The position numbers and the translations under genes are program-made. A stretch of 64,000 bases of DNA from Candidatus Nomurabacteria bacterium (GTDB lineage Bacteria; Patescibacteriota; Minisyncoccia; Phycocordibacterales; UBA918): NCBI GenBank assembly GCA_023898565.1, contig CP060228.1, positions 156,170 through 220,169 of the forward strand, read 5' to 3'. Each line of letters opens with the position of its first letter. Within the stretch, counting starts at the first letter, position 1. The notes below the pieces were generated by a model. That model was not told where the DNA came from, did not search any database, and saw only the letters and a list, made by a program, of their open reading frames with translations. Below, piece by piece: positions 8,969-20,800 of the stretch.

Positions 8969-9733
8969 TTATAACGGCAAAGCCGTGATTGTAGTGGTTG
9001 CGATATACACGCCATCTAATACCCCTGCCCCACTTCCGACACCCACTCGAAAGCGCACGGAAGTTGTCGCTCCACTTGGGTGGTTCGCTCCTGCGCCCTC
9101 CGCGATTACTTGAGCAGTCGTTGACACACCAGCCCAACACGCAAAAGCAGTATCTAGCGAGCCGGTGTTACAAATACCGCCGCCGTCTTTGAAAAACTGA
9201 GTTATATCAATCCCTTCGGGAGTGTATCCAAAGTACGCCTCGCCTGCCCCAACAGTGAAGGAGTAGTCTGGCTCAGCTCCCTCATTGTAATCGGCAATAC
9301 TATAGGGAGGGTTTTGCATAGCAGGATCGTTTTGTCCCTTGATTGTAAGCTGATAACCAGACGGACTATCAGTCACAACGGTAAACGTTGAGGATCCATT
9401 TGCTTCACCTCCGGTAATACCCGGAATTGACTGATCCATAATTACATTACCCGTGGTAGTCAAACCAATAAAGACCTCTTGCATTTGCTGATAGCCCGCT
9501 TTTAACATGTATGACGCGCTGCTCGATTCTCCTGTTGCAACTTCGCCAACGGTACTTTCACTGATGTATGAAGTAGACGTAGACAAACCACCACCCACAT
9601 TAAGACTATCACTCTGCAATTGATAGCTTGCGCTCGAGCGCACCTGGGCCAAACTCACATTCAGCAACAACAAGACAATCATTGTTGTTGCCCCCGCTTC
9701 AAATATGCTACGCAAAAGAACAGTTTTTTTCAT
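8969..9733 (-). CDS. Small secreted Ser/Thr/Gly-rich protein, paralog A of the surface cassette
   Basis: The signal peptide is MKKTVLLRSIFEAGATTMIVLLLLNVSLAQV. It shares a conserved framework with the 10826..11530 product: T.F.V.T....GY..TI..., then C..G......A..CW...STTA, then a C-terminal Y.ATTT. There is no confident family assignment. Confidence 0.5.
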   Translation of the reverse strand: MKKTVLLRSIFEAGATTMIVLLLLNVSLAQVRSSASYQLQSDSLNVGGGLSTSTSYISESTVGEVATGESSSASYMLKAGYQQMQEVFIGLTTTGNVIMDQSIPGITGGEANGSSTFTVVTDSPSGYQLTIKGQNDPAMQNPPYSIADYNEGAEPDYSFTVGAGEAYFGYTPEGIDITQFFKDGGGICNTGSLDTAFACWAGVSTTAQVIAEGAGANHPSGATTSVRFRVGVGSGAGVLDGVYIATTTITALPL

Positions 9734-9735
9734 GC

Positions 9736-10806
9736 TTACGCATCTTTTCGTTTAAATTCAAACGTACGGAAAAATGCTCTCACACTGAAAATTATAATAA
9801 ATAAAGTCAAAAACACGCCCCCGACAATCTTCCAAGGAAGCACCCAGAAGCTAACTGCCACCTCATCAACAATATCATTGTACCCACGATTAACCCGAGC
9901 AGTAACCGTATAACGTCCGAGTAAAAACTCTCGATTCCACTCAATTTCACGCACACGTAGCGATTTTGGCAATACAAACCAAGGTTCCAGCTCAACAAAT
10001 CCGACCTCTTCTCCAAACATGTTAGTGATTGAAATCTCACCGTATGGATTAAGGTGAACGGTACCAGTGTTTTCATATAAAATACCCATGTTAACCGGTC
10101 CCGACTCATACCACATCTTGTCATCAATCAAATCAATTGATTTAGTCTGTCCAGATTCATCGACCTCTCCTTTTACGCGAATGAAGAACAACGAACCAAC
10201 ACGAGCAATAATCGGAGAACGTGGCACCACTCCCTCGCCCTCTGCAGGGGCGGTCTGCACCGTAGATACCAATACGCTACCATAATACCCGCCTGGGCTG
10301 GTATTTGGTGGAACACTAATAGTGATCGGGATTCGTGCTCGTTCACCCAAATTAAGTCTCACCGTGTCTTCTGGGAATGAGATAAAATCACGCACACTAT
10401 ATGGCCCCTTTTTATCGCCAAGCAGCGTAACCGCTGAGCTTCCGTCAGCCGAACCCTCAACGTCCTCAATTTCTAGCAAATATTCTTTATCGTTAGCCAC
10501 ACGGTTGGCAACCGTGATTTCACGCACGACCGTTTGGCCCGGACTAAGTTCGATTTCTGTTCGACCAGGCCCAACCACAAAATCACCCACTTCGACATTA
10601 CCAAAAATACGTTCCACTTTATACCAATCAGTCACAGCTACTGTTTGTGTTGTAGTTGACGCGATAGCCTCGGTAGAGCTGGCAGCAGCCAGTTCATCTG
10701 CTACATCTGTACCGCCAATAGACTGCGCAAACACCTCTCCAAAGCAGAGAGGTGTGAGCATGAGAGTAAAAATAAACGCAACGAGAATCTGTGTTCTGGT
10801 AGTCAT
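9736..10806 (-). CDS. Signal-peptide plus C-terminal TM-anchored surface protein (central gene of the cassette)
   Basis: The start was moved to MTTRTQILVAFIFTLMLTPLCFGEVFAQS (ATG whose complement is cat at 10804-10806). The beta-rich ectodomain contains IELSPGQTVVREITVAN, an Ig or chaperone-like pattern. The C-terminal TM helix WKIVGGVFLTLFIIIFSV is followed by RAFFRTFEFKRKDA. The overall architecture resembles DUF916/DUF3324-type anchored proteins, but this is weak. Confidence 0.5.
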   Translation of the reverse strand: MTTRTQILVAFIFTLMLTPLCFGEVFAQSIGGTDVADELAAASSTEAIASTTTQTVAVTDWYKVERIFGNVEVGDFVVGPGRTEIELSPGQTVVREITVANRVANDKEYLLEIEDVEGSADGSSAVTLLGDKKGPYSVRDFISFPEDTVRLNLGERARIPITISVPPNTSPGGYYGSVLVSTVQTAPAEGEGVVPRSPIIARVGSLFFIRVKGEVDESGQTKSIDLIDDKMWYESGPVNMGILYENTGTVHLNPYGEISITNMFGEEVGFVELEPWFVLPKSLRVREIEWNREFLLGRYTVTARVNRGYNDIVDEVAVSFWVLPWKIVGGVFLTLFIIIFSVRAFFRTFEFKRKDA

Positions 10807-10825
10807 AGAGTGACTACAGAATAGC

Positions 10826-11530
10826 TTACTTAGCAATAACCGACAAGGTCACTGTTGCAGTATACCATTCTGCCTGTGGCACCGGAGTGGCACCACTCGG
10901 TACAGTGAGATTAAAGGTTACTGTTGAGGTGGCACCGGTCACCGCAGCAGCTGACGTGTCCATGATACGGAACGCTGTGGTACTCGGCGCCATCCAACAG
11001 CTTACTGCGCCGTTTTGTGAACCACCCAAGTTACAAGCGGCGCCGTTATTCAAGAATGACTGATCAAGATCTGAAGTAGAAGAAGCGGTCACGGTGTACG
11101 CAAATTGAGCTGAAGTACTAGCTACATAGCCGTAGGTTGGCTGTCCAATGGTGTATCCCTGGTAATCATGAATCGCATCACTAAGTGAGGTGTCTCCCTG
11201 CATTGCTTCCGCTGATCCATTATCAAAGAAATCGATCGTTACGTAATAGCCTGCCGTGTTGTTGGTTTGTACCACAAACTGTGTGGTACCGGTTGCTTGA
11301 CCACCAGTCACACCGTTCAGTGTACCAGCCATGGTTACGTTTGCTGGCGGCACCAAGAATGAGGTTTCGTCAGTGATCTGGGCTCGAACAGTAATATCTA
11401 CACTTTCGTCGCCGTGACTGATTGCCGGTTCGATTAGGAAATACGTCGCAAAAAGCGTCGCTACCATAGTGACACTAGCCCAGAAAGCAAATATTCCAGA
11501 CTGAGCAAAATGTTTAAGATTGTAATTCAT
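10826..11530 (-). CDS. Small secreted protein, paralog B of the surface cassette
   Basis: It has an N-terminal hydrophobic segment and shares the C...CW and STTA motifs and the C-terminal Y.AT.T ending with paralog A (AVSCWMAPSTTAFR versus AFACWAGVSTTAQV). Confidence 0.5.
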   Translation of the reverse strand: MNYNLKHFAQSGIFAFWASVTMVATLFATYFLIEPAISHGDESVDITVRAQITDETSFLVPPANVTMAGTLNGVTGGQATGTTQFVVQTNNTAGYYVTIDFFDNGSAEAMQGDTSLSDAIHDYQGYTIGQPTYGYVASTSAQFAYTVTASSTSDLDQSFLNNGAACNLGGSQNGAVSCWMAPSTTAFRIMDTSAAAVTGATSTVTFNLTVPSGATPVPQAEWYTATVTLSVIAK

Positions 11531-11632
11531 GATTAATTTGTTGCGTTTTTAACCTATTAATTATAGCAATTTTCTGCCACCTACGGCCCGTTTTGAGCTG
11601 TGCCTGTGTATAAAGTAAGCATACTATACACT

Positions 11633-14600
11633 TTAAATAGCCCCGCCGCCGCCGGCCCCGCCGCCGCCAACGTAGTGATACACCCGCACCTGAATCGCAT
11701 CAACCTGTACTGTATTGCTGGATGGATTACCCACAATGCGTACCGCAAAGTTAGCATTACTGAGCTGACCAGCACTCCAGCCATGGCCCCAGGTATCACT
11801 CGCACCGCCGAGTGTAATGACTTTATCAGCGGTCGTGAGTGTTGGTGTTGTCTTGGCACTAGTCCACGTGGTACCGCCGTCCCACGAGAGCTGAACACCA
11901 ATGTCGCCGGCGGCGGTAGTACCAGACACTTCGAGCTTCACTTCAATACCGGTCACCACACTACTGCCGCCAAGCGCATAGCCGTACGCTGAGTATGAAG
12001 AAGAGGCATTAGTGGTGTTGGTTGTCGCATAGGTGCCGTCGGTCTGGTCATAGGCATTGGCACCGGTAGTGAAGTCACCAGCATGAGCAGTTGGCCACTT
12101 GTAATTTGGATCATCCCCAATCTGTTCCCCTGCCTCTTCGGTGCCGCCAGTCTCGACCGAACGACCTTCTGGTGCCGAATCGCCGACAGCTGCACTACTG
12201 CCGCCTCCGCCGCTTTGATTGTTGCGATTGTGCTGCACTGAGTCGACAGTACCGTACACATCCTGTACTCCCACTTCATCCGCCACTGCCAGATCATCCG
12301 CATACAGCGCAAGCATCATAGCAGCGCCATTTTCCGGCGCATTCCAGTCTGCAATTACAAGGTAGTTCGTGGTAGTAGTAGAGAGGAAGTCAGTTGTGAA
12401 AACAATCGTGCCAGTCTTGTCATCAAGTGTGAAAACACCTGTACCACCAACCTGCTCATCGCCTCCGTCGTAGAGAGCGTCATTATTGTGGTCACGGAAT
12501 AAGCGAATATTTGAGAAGTCACTCGCATCAATCTTCTTCGCACCGCTGACGGTAATAGTGAGGTCGGTCACCGTAGCAGAACCACTCTCCGGGATAAGCT
12601 TGAAAGCAAAGAGTGCTTCATCAGTTTTGTTTTGGAAGTTAAAGGCATTATTCACTTGCGTGTCGTCATGATTTGTAATCGTGGTGGAACCAACAACGAG
12701 AGATGACGTGCTGAACGTCCAGTTGACATTGTTTCCGTAATCGACCGAATCAAGAGCAGCAACAGTCGACGAAGCGCCGCTGTCTTCTACATTTACATAT
12801 CGAACATTCAGCTGACTACCTGGAATATCGAGGTACCACTGCGTACCCTGCTCACTTGAGCGAAGCCACACAGGAGAAGAAGCACCGCCTTGCCAGTCTA
12901 CGCTCTCAAATGTACTCGTAGCGCCTGCCACAAACTGAGCAGATGTACTTGCAGTCATGGTAAACGTACCGGTTGTTTCTACCGGCATACCGAAAATGAC
13001 TGATTGGGTAGTTGTACCATCCTGCGACGTGTTTGAAATGGTGAGATCATAGAATGCACTGTCACCAGACAATGTACCCGTGGCGGTTTGTTGCGTAACA
13101 CCCGAGAAAATCACCTCTGAAGTAGAAGCTGCTAAGATGCCGTTGTTGGTATAATCTCCACCCACAGAAAGTGTCGCGTCAGTCAGGTTTAAGTAACCGT
13201 CGTTGGTCAGAGAATCTGAGACAGTTACTGTAGACGTACTAATTACAGTCGCATAACTGGTACTTGCGTTAGTCAGAGAATCAAGGCTTAATGCATCGTA
13301 GATTGTTAGCGATGGAGTCACGCTTCGCATCACATTATCATCACTCCAACCAACCGCCACAAAATAACTATCGCCATACACAACCGATTCCCAGCTGCCA
13401 AGACCCTCGCGAACAGTCCACGTAATACCATCTGGTGAGGTTATGACGCGATCTGCGCCTGCTCCAACTGCTACAAAGAGACCGTTGCCGTAAGCCACCG
13501 AGTTCCATGAGCCTGTTGTTGAACGCACCGTCCAATTGACACCGTCGGGTGAGGTCATGACGCGGTCGCCAGAGTACCCCACCGCTACAAAGAGACCGTT
13601 GCCGTAGGTGACTGATAGCCAGCTGTCGTTATTTCCGGCGGCTGAACGCACCGTCCAATTGACACCGTCGGGTGAGGTCATGACGCGGTCGCCGGAGCTG
13701 CCTACCGCCACGAAGAGACCGTTACCGTAGGTGACTGATTGCCAGCTGTCGTTATCCCCGGCGGCGGAGCGGACGGTCCAAGTGATGCCGTCGGGTGAGG
13801 TCATGACGACGTCGTCTGCGCCATTACTAGCCCAACCCACCGCCACGAAGAGGCCGTTGCCGTAGGTAACATCATACCAGTCATCATTATCCCCCGCAGC
13901 ACTGCGCGCGGTCCATGCCCCACCTCCACTACTCGGCGCCACCACCACATCTCCGAGTGCGTTAGCTCCCACCAAGTCACCCATCACGAGCGGATCTGGT
14001 CCAGTGAAGTAGGTTGTGCCACCGTTGTTATCAAAGGTGCCATTCTGGCTAAAGTCACCACCGATAGTCAGAAGACTTGGCGCGACCAGAGAGCCAGAGA
14101 TGGTGAGGTTTGAGGTAGACGCATTGTTTGAGGCAGTGTATGAACCCTCAATAGAGATGTCGCCTAAAGCTGAAGAGCCGGTGAGGGTGCCAGAGAGCGT
14201 TTTGCTGGTGCCGGTGAATTTTGCTAAACCACCATTATTATCAAACACTCCGCCGTCGTTATGGAATGAACCAGAGAAGGTAGATGACGCAGCATTTACG
14301 AAAGTGCTACTACTCCAAATATATAACTCCTTACCGTCTTCAACGGTAAGAGTGTCACCCGTAGTAGAGGCGGTGTATCCAATATCAGCATGTTGGCTTG
14401 CATCATACGTATCCAAATCAGCCAACGTAGTACTTGTTGCTCCCTCCTGACGTACAATTATCCGATTATTGTAGATATCAACGCCAGTTAGATTCTCAGT
14501 TGACGAGGCAAATTTTGACACAACAGTTCCTTCGTCAAAACCAGAATTCCAAATCCAGATAACAAATGGCGTGTCGACACCAACACCATTACTATTATCA

Positions 14601-14845
14601 ACTGTGAAACTAAAATTCCCGCTATTGTCTGATGAAGTCGCCTGCACGCTGACAGTCGAAGTACCAATTGCTAAAAACAAAGATTCTGCAAATGAAGCAG
14701 CTGTCGCACCTTCATCATCATAAATTGTACCTGAAATCGTAAATGTACCTGCCTCAGCCAGCATCGGCGCAAACACAATCACAGCACAACCAGCGACAAC
14801 CGCGGCTTTAACGTACTCAATGATGTTTTTAATGGCTACTGTCAT
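11633..14845 (-). CDS. Large secreted surface protein (1070 aa) with an Asp-box/BNR-like beta-propeller built of tandem repeats
   Basis: It has an N-terminal signal-like segment. At least six tandem units of about 41 aa have the form W.SVTYGNGLFVAVG....VMTSPDG(I/V)(T/N)WTVRSAAG.ND. S-x-D-G-x-T-W is an Asp-box-like motif. There are Gly/Asn/Thr-rich beta regions and a Gly-rich C-terminus ending GGGGAGGGGAI. Confidence 0.65.
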   Translation of the reverse strand: MTVAIKNIIEYVKAAVVAGCAVIVFAPMLAEAGTFTISGTIYDDEGATAASFAESLFLAIGTSTVSVQATSSDNSGNFSFTVDNSNGVGVDTPFVIWIWNSGFDEGTVVSKFASSTENLTGVDIYNNRIIVRQEGATSTTLADLDTYDASQHADIGYTASTTGDTLTVEDGKELYIWSSSTFVNAASSTFSGSFHNDGGVFDNNGGLAKFTGTSKTLSGTLTGSSALGDISIEGSYTASNNASTSNLTISGSLVAPSLLTIGGDFSQNGTFDNNGGTTYFTGPDPLVMGDLVGANALGDVVVAPSSGGGAWTARSAAGDNDDWYDVTYGNGLFVAVGWASNGADDVVMTSPDGITWTVRSAAGDNDSWQSVTYGNGLFVAVGSSGDRVMTSPDGVNWTVRSAAGNNDSWLSVTYGNGLFVAVGYSGDRVMTSPDGVNWTVRSTTGSWNSVAYGNGLFVAVGAGADRVITSPDGITWTVREGLGSWESVVYGDSYFVAVGWSDDNVMRSVTPSLTIYDALSLDSLTNASTSYATVISTSTVTVSDSLTNDGYLNLTDATLSVGGDYTNNGILAASTSEVIFSGVTQQTATGTLSGDSAFYDLTISNTSQDGTTTQSVIFGMPVETTGTFTMTASTSAQFVAGATSTFESVDWQGGASSPVWLRSSEQGTQWYLDIPGSQLNVRYVNVEDSGASSTVAALDSVDYGNNVNWTFSTSSLVVGSTTITNHDDTQVNNAFNFQNKTDEALFAFKLIPESGSATVTDLTITVSGAKKIDASDFSNIRLFRDHNNDALYDGGDEQVGGTGVFTLDDKTGTIVFTTDFLSTTTTNYLVIADWNAPENGAAMMLALYADDLAVADEVGVQDVYGTVDSVQHNRNNQSGGGGSSAAVGDSAPEGRSVETGGTEEAGEQIGDDPNYKWPTAHAGDFTTGANAYDQTDGTYATTNTTNASSSYSAYGYALGGSSVVTGIEVKLEVSGTTAAGDIGVQLSWDGGTTWTSAKTTPTLTTADKVITLGGASDTWGHGWSAGQLSNANFAVRIVGNPSSNTVQVDAIQVRVYHYVGGGGAGGGGAI
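13431..13925. repeat. Near-identical 123-bp tandem repeats (about 4 copies plus diverged flanks) inside the 1070-aa gene
   Basis: Units begin at 13554, 13677 and 13800, each with gtcatgacgcggtcgcc...ccgtcgggtgag, and match at nearly every base. A shorter 114-bp unit begins at 13440. They encode the propeller blades. Confidence 0.7.
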
Positions 14846-14859
14846 ACAATTTTTCTTTA

Positions 14860-17800
14860 CTACACAGCATCTTCGCTATGTGGAGACTCTGCTTCTACTT
14901 CCTCAGTTGCCGAAACGGGGTCGGCTTCCGTTGTATCTGCAGCCGGCGGCTCCGGTACTTCCAGCGACTCATCTTCCGTTATGACTATATTTTCTTCATT
15001 CTCTGCCACGACTTCGTCCCCAAGCCCTTCACCTGCTTCTGTCACAGGCACACCTTGCTCAGCTTCTGTTTCAGATGAAGAAGTAGCCGTCTCCACTGGC
15101 GCCGGCGGCTCTTCCGTGGTGGTGGCTACCTCGTCGGTGGAAGTGGCGGAGTTCGGAGGGAGCACCTCAGTTGGTGGCTCCGATACAGCACCTTCTTCAG
15201 AGGATTCGCTACCCTCTCCTGTCACTGGTGAGTTATTTGAACTCACTGGCGCGCTAGAATTTGTGTTCAGCATAGTACGCAAGTCATCAGCGGTGACACA
15301 CACTCCGTCGACACAGAGCTCACTAGTCTCAACCTTGTCTGCCTTAAGTGTAAAGACTGAAAGAACGCCGTCTACGAAGTTGTTGGCAAGTGTCACTAGG
15401 CGATCGAAGATTGTTTCGTCTTCATTATCACCAACCGTCTCAATCGATGAGGTGCTAAAGAGTGTGCCGAGCGACGCAAGCTGTGAATCATCAAACCAGC
15501 GGTAGCTTCGATCAACAAACATTACCACGCGACCGACCTTCACTGCCGTACCGTCCGCCAATCGCTTTGTTTCACTTCGCTCATCACGCAGCGCGTCCAT
15601 TTGCTCAGCCACACTCTCTGCTTCAGCGATGTGGTTTGCTTCATCAATCTGACCTTGTGTAGTGGTGGCCGAGAGCGGCACACACGGTTCATCGCCTACC
15701 GCATTACCACCACCGTAATAACAACCATCATCAAGTCGCGGATCAAGATTGGTATAAATTGGCTCATACACTGGCTCCACCATGTCGTCACCAAATTGAT
15801 TGAGATATGTTTCACTGTACTTGCGTGCATCATCAAAGTCCTCTAGAGCAATACCAATAGTTGCTCCCGTGCCAGTTGCCTTCATGGCTACGCCCGGCAG
15901 AGATGAAAGCATAAGTGAATCACCACGCTTAATTGGACCGTTTTCGGTTGAAAGCTTCACTGGCACACGTCCAGATAGCGCCAGTGGGTACCCACGCTCT
16001 CCGGCACGAAGTGAGGAATCGTCAAAACCAAGAAGCAGACCCGGCTTGGTAGAAACCACACCAAGAACCGGCATGTCACTTCCCTGTTCTGCACGATCAA
16101 TTGAAAGCTCACCATCAAGCACCACCACTTCGCCTGGCTCGAGATTGGTGCTGCTGAAATACATTTCTGCGAGGTCAGAATTTCCAGTCAGACTTTCTAC
16201 TGAAGTGATGCGCCCTGACGTAGAAGCAGTACACGAACCATCATTATCGACACAAATACCACCAAAACCAATCTGAAGTCCTGCAAGATGGTTGGTGGTA
16301 CCATCACCGATGGTAGTCGTGCCGTAGGCTGATACTGTAAAGACCGATGCGCCGCCGTTTTGGAAGTCGAGGTACTTAGATGTGGACGAAGAGAATGACC
16401 CCGTGCCATTACCAAAATTCATCTCAAGGCCGGTACCGGCGAAGGTTGAGCTTGACTGGAACAGTGAAAGCAAGCTGGCAGTAGTAAGCGTATCAGTATA
16501 CGCACGAATTGCATTACCTTGAGCAGTACCTTCGGTCTCAAAGAAACCAGCTGCTGGCTCGTAGGTATCGCCTGCTTCACCAGTCGTGACTGCTCGCACA
16601 CCAAAAGTGCGGGCGAAGGCTGAAATCGCCGTATTTTCACCGTACGTATTCGCACCGCGATTGGCTTGTACTTCAAGCGTACGCACCGTATTACCATATG
16701 TAGTATCGTCCCGCAGGCGAATCATACTCCCCACAATGGTGGTAGTGGCAGTGTTATTAGCATCGAGGAAAAATCGATTACCATACTGCACTGCTGAAAG
16801 AACACTGTTTTGTGTTTCGAGGTACTGATCAAGTCCAACCACTCCTGCTCCAGAAAACGCAGTATTTTGAATTGCCAATTTTGCCGCTGGTGAAGTGGTG
16901 CCAATACCAACCCTACCTGCGTTTGTAATATGAAAGAGCGCATCACCGGTTGATGACGCAACCGTAAGGAGCGGCTTGGTAGCATCGGTTGCGTCACCAA
17001 GCACGCTGAAGCGTGCCCAAGGCGAGGTAGTACCAATACCCACAGCAAGATCGGTCACACTACCCGCTCCATCAGATTCACCATACAGAGTAAGTAGTGA
17101 GTTACCATCAATAGCAGCAGTATAACTTTCGACAGTACCAACCGAAGCGCCAGCAGTGACGCCCATGTCAGTCCACGTCACCACTCCAGCATCATCCTCA
17201 AACTTCATGTTGCCCAACGCCAGGTTCTCAATAGTGGTCTGGTTGGTTGCTGCGTTATACGAAATTGCACCATTATTAACATCAAAGCCACCAGAGATAA
17301 GTGTATTTGCATACGAACCTGAGGTATCAATCCGGAAGATTGGCGACACTGAACTTGAAGTAGCGATAGTCCACGCAAAACTATCACCATTCACTACCGT
17401 ACTGGTGGCAGCAGTGAAGTAATGAAGAAGGAGTGAAGATGCACTTGAAGACGCGAAGTTAATCACGTTTGAGTCGAGCCAGGTGTTGCCGGCGACAGAA
17501 AGTTTTGCCGCTGGACTTGACGTACCCAGGCCGAGATTGCCACTGTTGGTCATGGTTAAGACACGACCGGAAGCATTGTCGAGTGTGAGAATATCTCCTG
17601 CACCTAGCTGTGTGATAGCAGCGGACGTTGCAGTAGTTGAACCAATGATGCTGAAGAGATTGTACCCGCGAGCGCTATCTGTCGTGATCGTAGTCCTATC
17701 CCATTCGTTGTAGCGAGTACTCGCACTCGCATCCGCGATGTAGTTTGTGCTGTTTGGATTTTCGAAATGATTTGAAGCAAGAGTCGTATCAACAGCACCG

Positions 17801-20800
17801 CTGGCAATTTCTATCAACGCATACGTCGACGTCGAATAAATACTATTTGCAACGATTGCGATGTTTGTGGTTTCTGCAATATCGATTGCAGGATGTGCAC
17901 CAGACAAACCTATTGAGTACAATTGGTTATTAGAAATGACATTGTTGGCAGCATTGCCGCCGTACCTACTATATGCAGCAATTGCGGCATGTCCAACATT
18001 CTCAATTTTGTTGTTAGAAATAGTGTTATCTGAAGCACCCCAACCTAGAAAGATACCGTTTGCACCAACAAAGCTGCCGAAGATGTTTCTGATAACATTA
18101 TTGCTAACAATATTATGTGAAGGAGCATAGCTATACGGAGCGTCAAAATAAATACCTGCACTAAGATTTGATAGCTGGTTACTCGAAATAACGTTGTACA
18201 TAGACTCCTCAGTTAGAGTAACACCCTTGCCAGTATTGGAGATAACGTTATTAGCAACATTAGAGTAAGTTATATTCTCGAAGTAAAGAGCACTGTCAGC
18301 ACTCGCCCACATTGTATTGTTCTGAATTGACAACCGACTCGAATTATATGCAGCTATGCCGTCCCAATTTTCACTAATGTTGTTACTAGCAACCTCCACA
18401 TCAGACGAACCGTCAATATCAATGCCTGCGATATTGTTATTCTTGATTCTTATGCGACTGGAAAGAAAAACGTTTATTCCATATATATGTTTATTATTTA
18501 TCACAAGAACATCAGTCGAATTGTTAACATCAGCACCATAGTTATCAACATTAACTACCTCAAGCTCAGATATGGTTGAGCTACTTGAATCACTGAGGTA
18601 CACCGCAGTTTGTGAACTAGATTGGTTTGCCTGATTACCATCAATTTTGAGACTAGAAATTGCCACTCGAGGAGTGCTGCTTGCTCTCAAAATAACCACA
18701 TCACCCAAATCGTTATTGTCCTTCAATTTAATCACAGTAGAAACTCCTTGCCCGATAAGCTGAGTGTTGGTCGCCATATTTATTGCGATACCTGGTGCGG
18801 TGGATGTAGAAACTTCAAAGTTACCAGCCAAGAGATACACCGTACCACCACCGCCATTGGCATACACATAATCAATCGCCTGCTGAATCTCAACTTCGTC
18901 ACTCGTACCATCAGCCACGTAGTCAGCATATGCCTTTTCTGCTGCTGGAGAGTCTGAGGCTGCCACCACCACGGAAGTGTCGCCTGCGGTATTGAGACAG
19001 TTTCCATCGGCAGTCTGGAAACATCCACCAGAGAGAGCGATACCATTGGTGAAAGTTGAGGTAGCTGTCGTAGATGCCACAATCGCTGTATTAAACGTAC
19101 TCGTCGCACTCGTAAATGCTCCAATCACATTCGCACCCACGGTGCTGCCAGTACCGAGCTTGAAAGTGTCGTCTGAATCATCAAGACCAAAGTAATAATC
19201 GAGTGCGTTACCATCAAACAAAGTAAAGGTGTCTTCAGCTAAGCCAGAGCCAAGCGTGTAGCCGCTCCCTGTTCCACCAGTAGAGGCGAGTGAAAGGATA
19301 CCAGAACTATCAACGCTCAGCTCTGCATAATTTGAACCATCATATGAAAGCCGGAGGCTGTTGCCTGCTCCGAAAATATCGAGCATCGCGCCAGGTGAAG
19401 CAGTACCCAAACCAAGATTGGTACCGTCGTACACAAAGGTGGAATCAAACGCGAGCGCTGAACCTGAGACATACGGAATCGCATTACTGGTATAAGACCC
19501 CGGCGTATCAGACAACCCTAAGAAAGTGCCATTACCAAGGCCGAGCGATGAGGTGGCAATGTCTGCCCAGGCGGTACCATTCCAGTAAAAAAGGTCACCG
19601 TAATTTTTGGTCATGGCCGCCACGTCAGACAATTCTTCAATAGAGTTGTCAGTCAAATTATCAGCCGTACGCGCTGTCTGTTGTGTTTCCCAAAAATTTG
19701 CTGAAGTTGTTGAGAAGCTATTAGCTATGTAATAACTACCCTCTTGACCATCGAATGTGCCCACCCAATCACCGCTCGTGTCGGACAAAAAGCCTAGACT
19801 AGAAGTTGCGACCCACTCCACACCCGCACCCGTAGTCTGAAGCACCTGACCAGTAGTACCTCGAGTAGCATTATTGTCATACACACCTCCCGTAAGAGCT
19901 ATATCGCCAGCTACTGATAGCTTGGCGTACGGTGAGGTGGTACCGATGCCGACGTTGCCAGTTGGAGTAATAACCGCTGCTGTACCAGAACCAAAAACAG
20001 AACTGTTGACATTAAATTCAATACCTTTTCCAGAACCTCCATGTATAGCAGTATTTGCAGTACTACCGTTATACCCAAACGCAGCACGATCATTAGTGAT
20101 ACCTATATAGTTTACATCCGTAATAGCACCGTAACGGTTGACATAGATATGCGAGCTAGTACTCGTTGTTTGTATACTACCTGACACGTCAAGCCTAGCA
20201 GTTGGTGTTGATGTCCCAATACCAACGTTGCCGCCCGAGGTGATGGTAAGCCGTGAAGTGTTATTGGTAATGAGTCGTAAATCATGATTTGAGAAGGTGC
20301 CTAGGAAGCCTTGGAAGTCCTCACTGCGTACATCAACTTTTACCTCATTGGTCGTATCAGTGAAGCGAGCGCCAGCATTTGTCGCGCCTGCAACATTTAA
20401 TAAGCGATCCATAGTAGTCGTGCCAATTCCTACTCTACCAGCAGCCGTCACTGTAAATAAATCATTCGAATTATAGTCCAGCAACGACAAAACATCGCCT
20501 GGTGCAATACTTCTAGTTTGCTGGATTGTTAATACTGGAGTGCCGTCAAAAGTATTAGCAATCATTTGATCAGCCTCATCGGAACGTAAGAAAGACGACG
20601 AGGCAACACCACCAAGCTTCATCGATTCGAAAGCGGCGGGCACTGCACCAAGTGGCTTGCGAGGTGACATCTCGCCGTCCCAGGCAGGCGCTCCAGTGCC
20701 GCCAATCTCCACACCCAAATAGAGCGTCTGACCGAAGTCGACACTAGTAAGCGGTGAAGTGGAGCCAAGCATTACGCTAAAAAGACCATTAGTGACTTGC

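Noticed and set aside
11640-11675. GC-only tract (ccgccgccgccggccccgccgccgcc)
   Set aside because: It encodes the Gly-rich C-terminus (GGGGAGGGGAI) of the 1070-aa protein and is not an independent element.
14981-16276. + strand ORFs (174 and 158 aa) rich in Ser, Thr and Pro
   Set aside because: They are the mirror image of the acidic, Pro-rich 3' end of the giant gene, which has long stop-free antisense frames.
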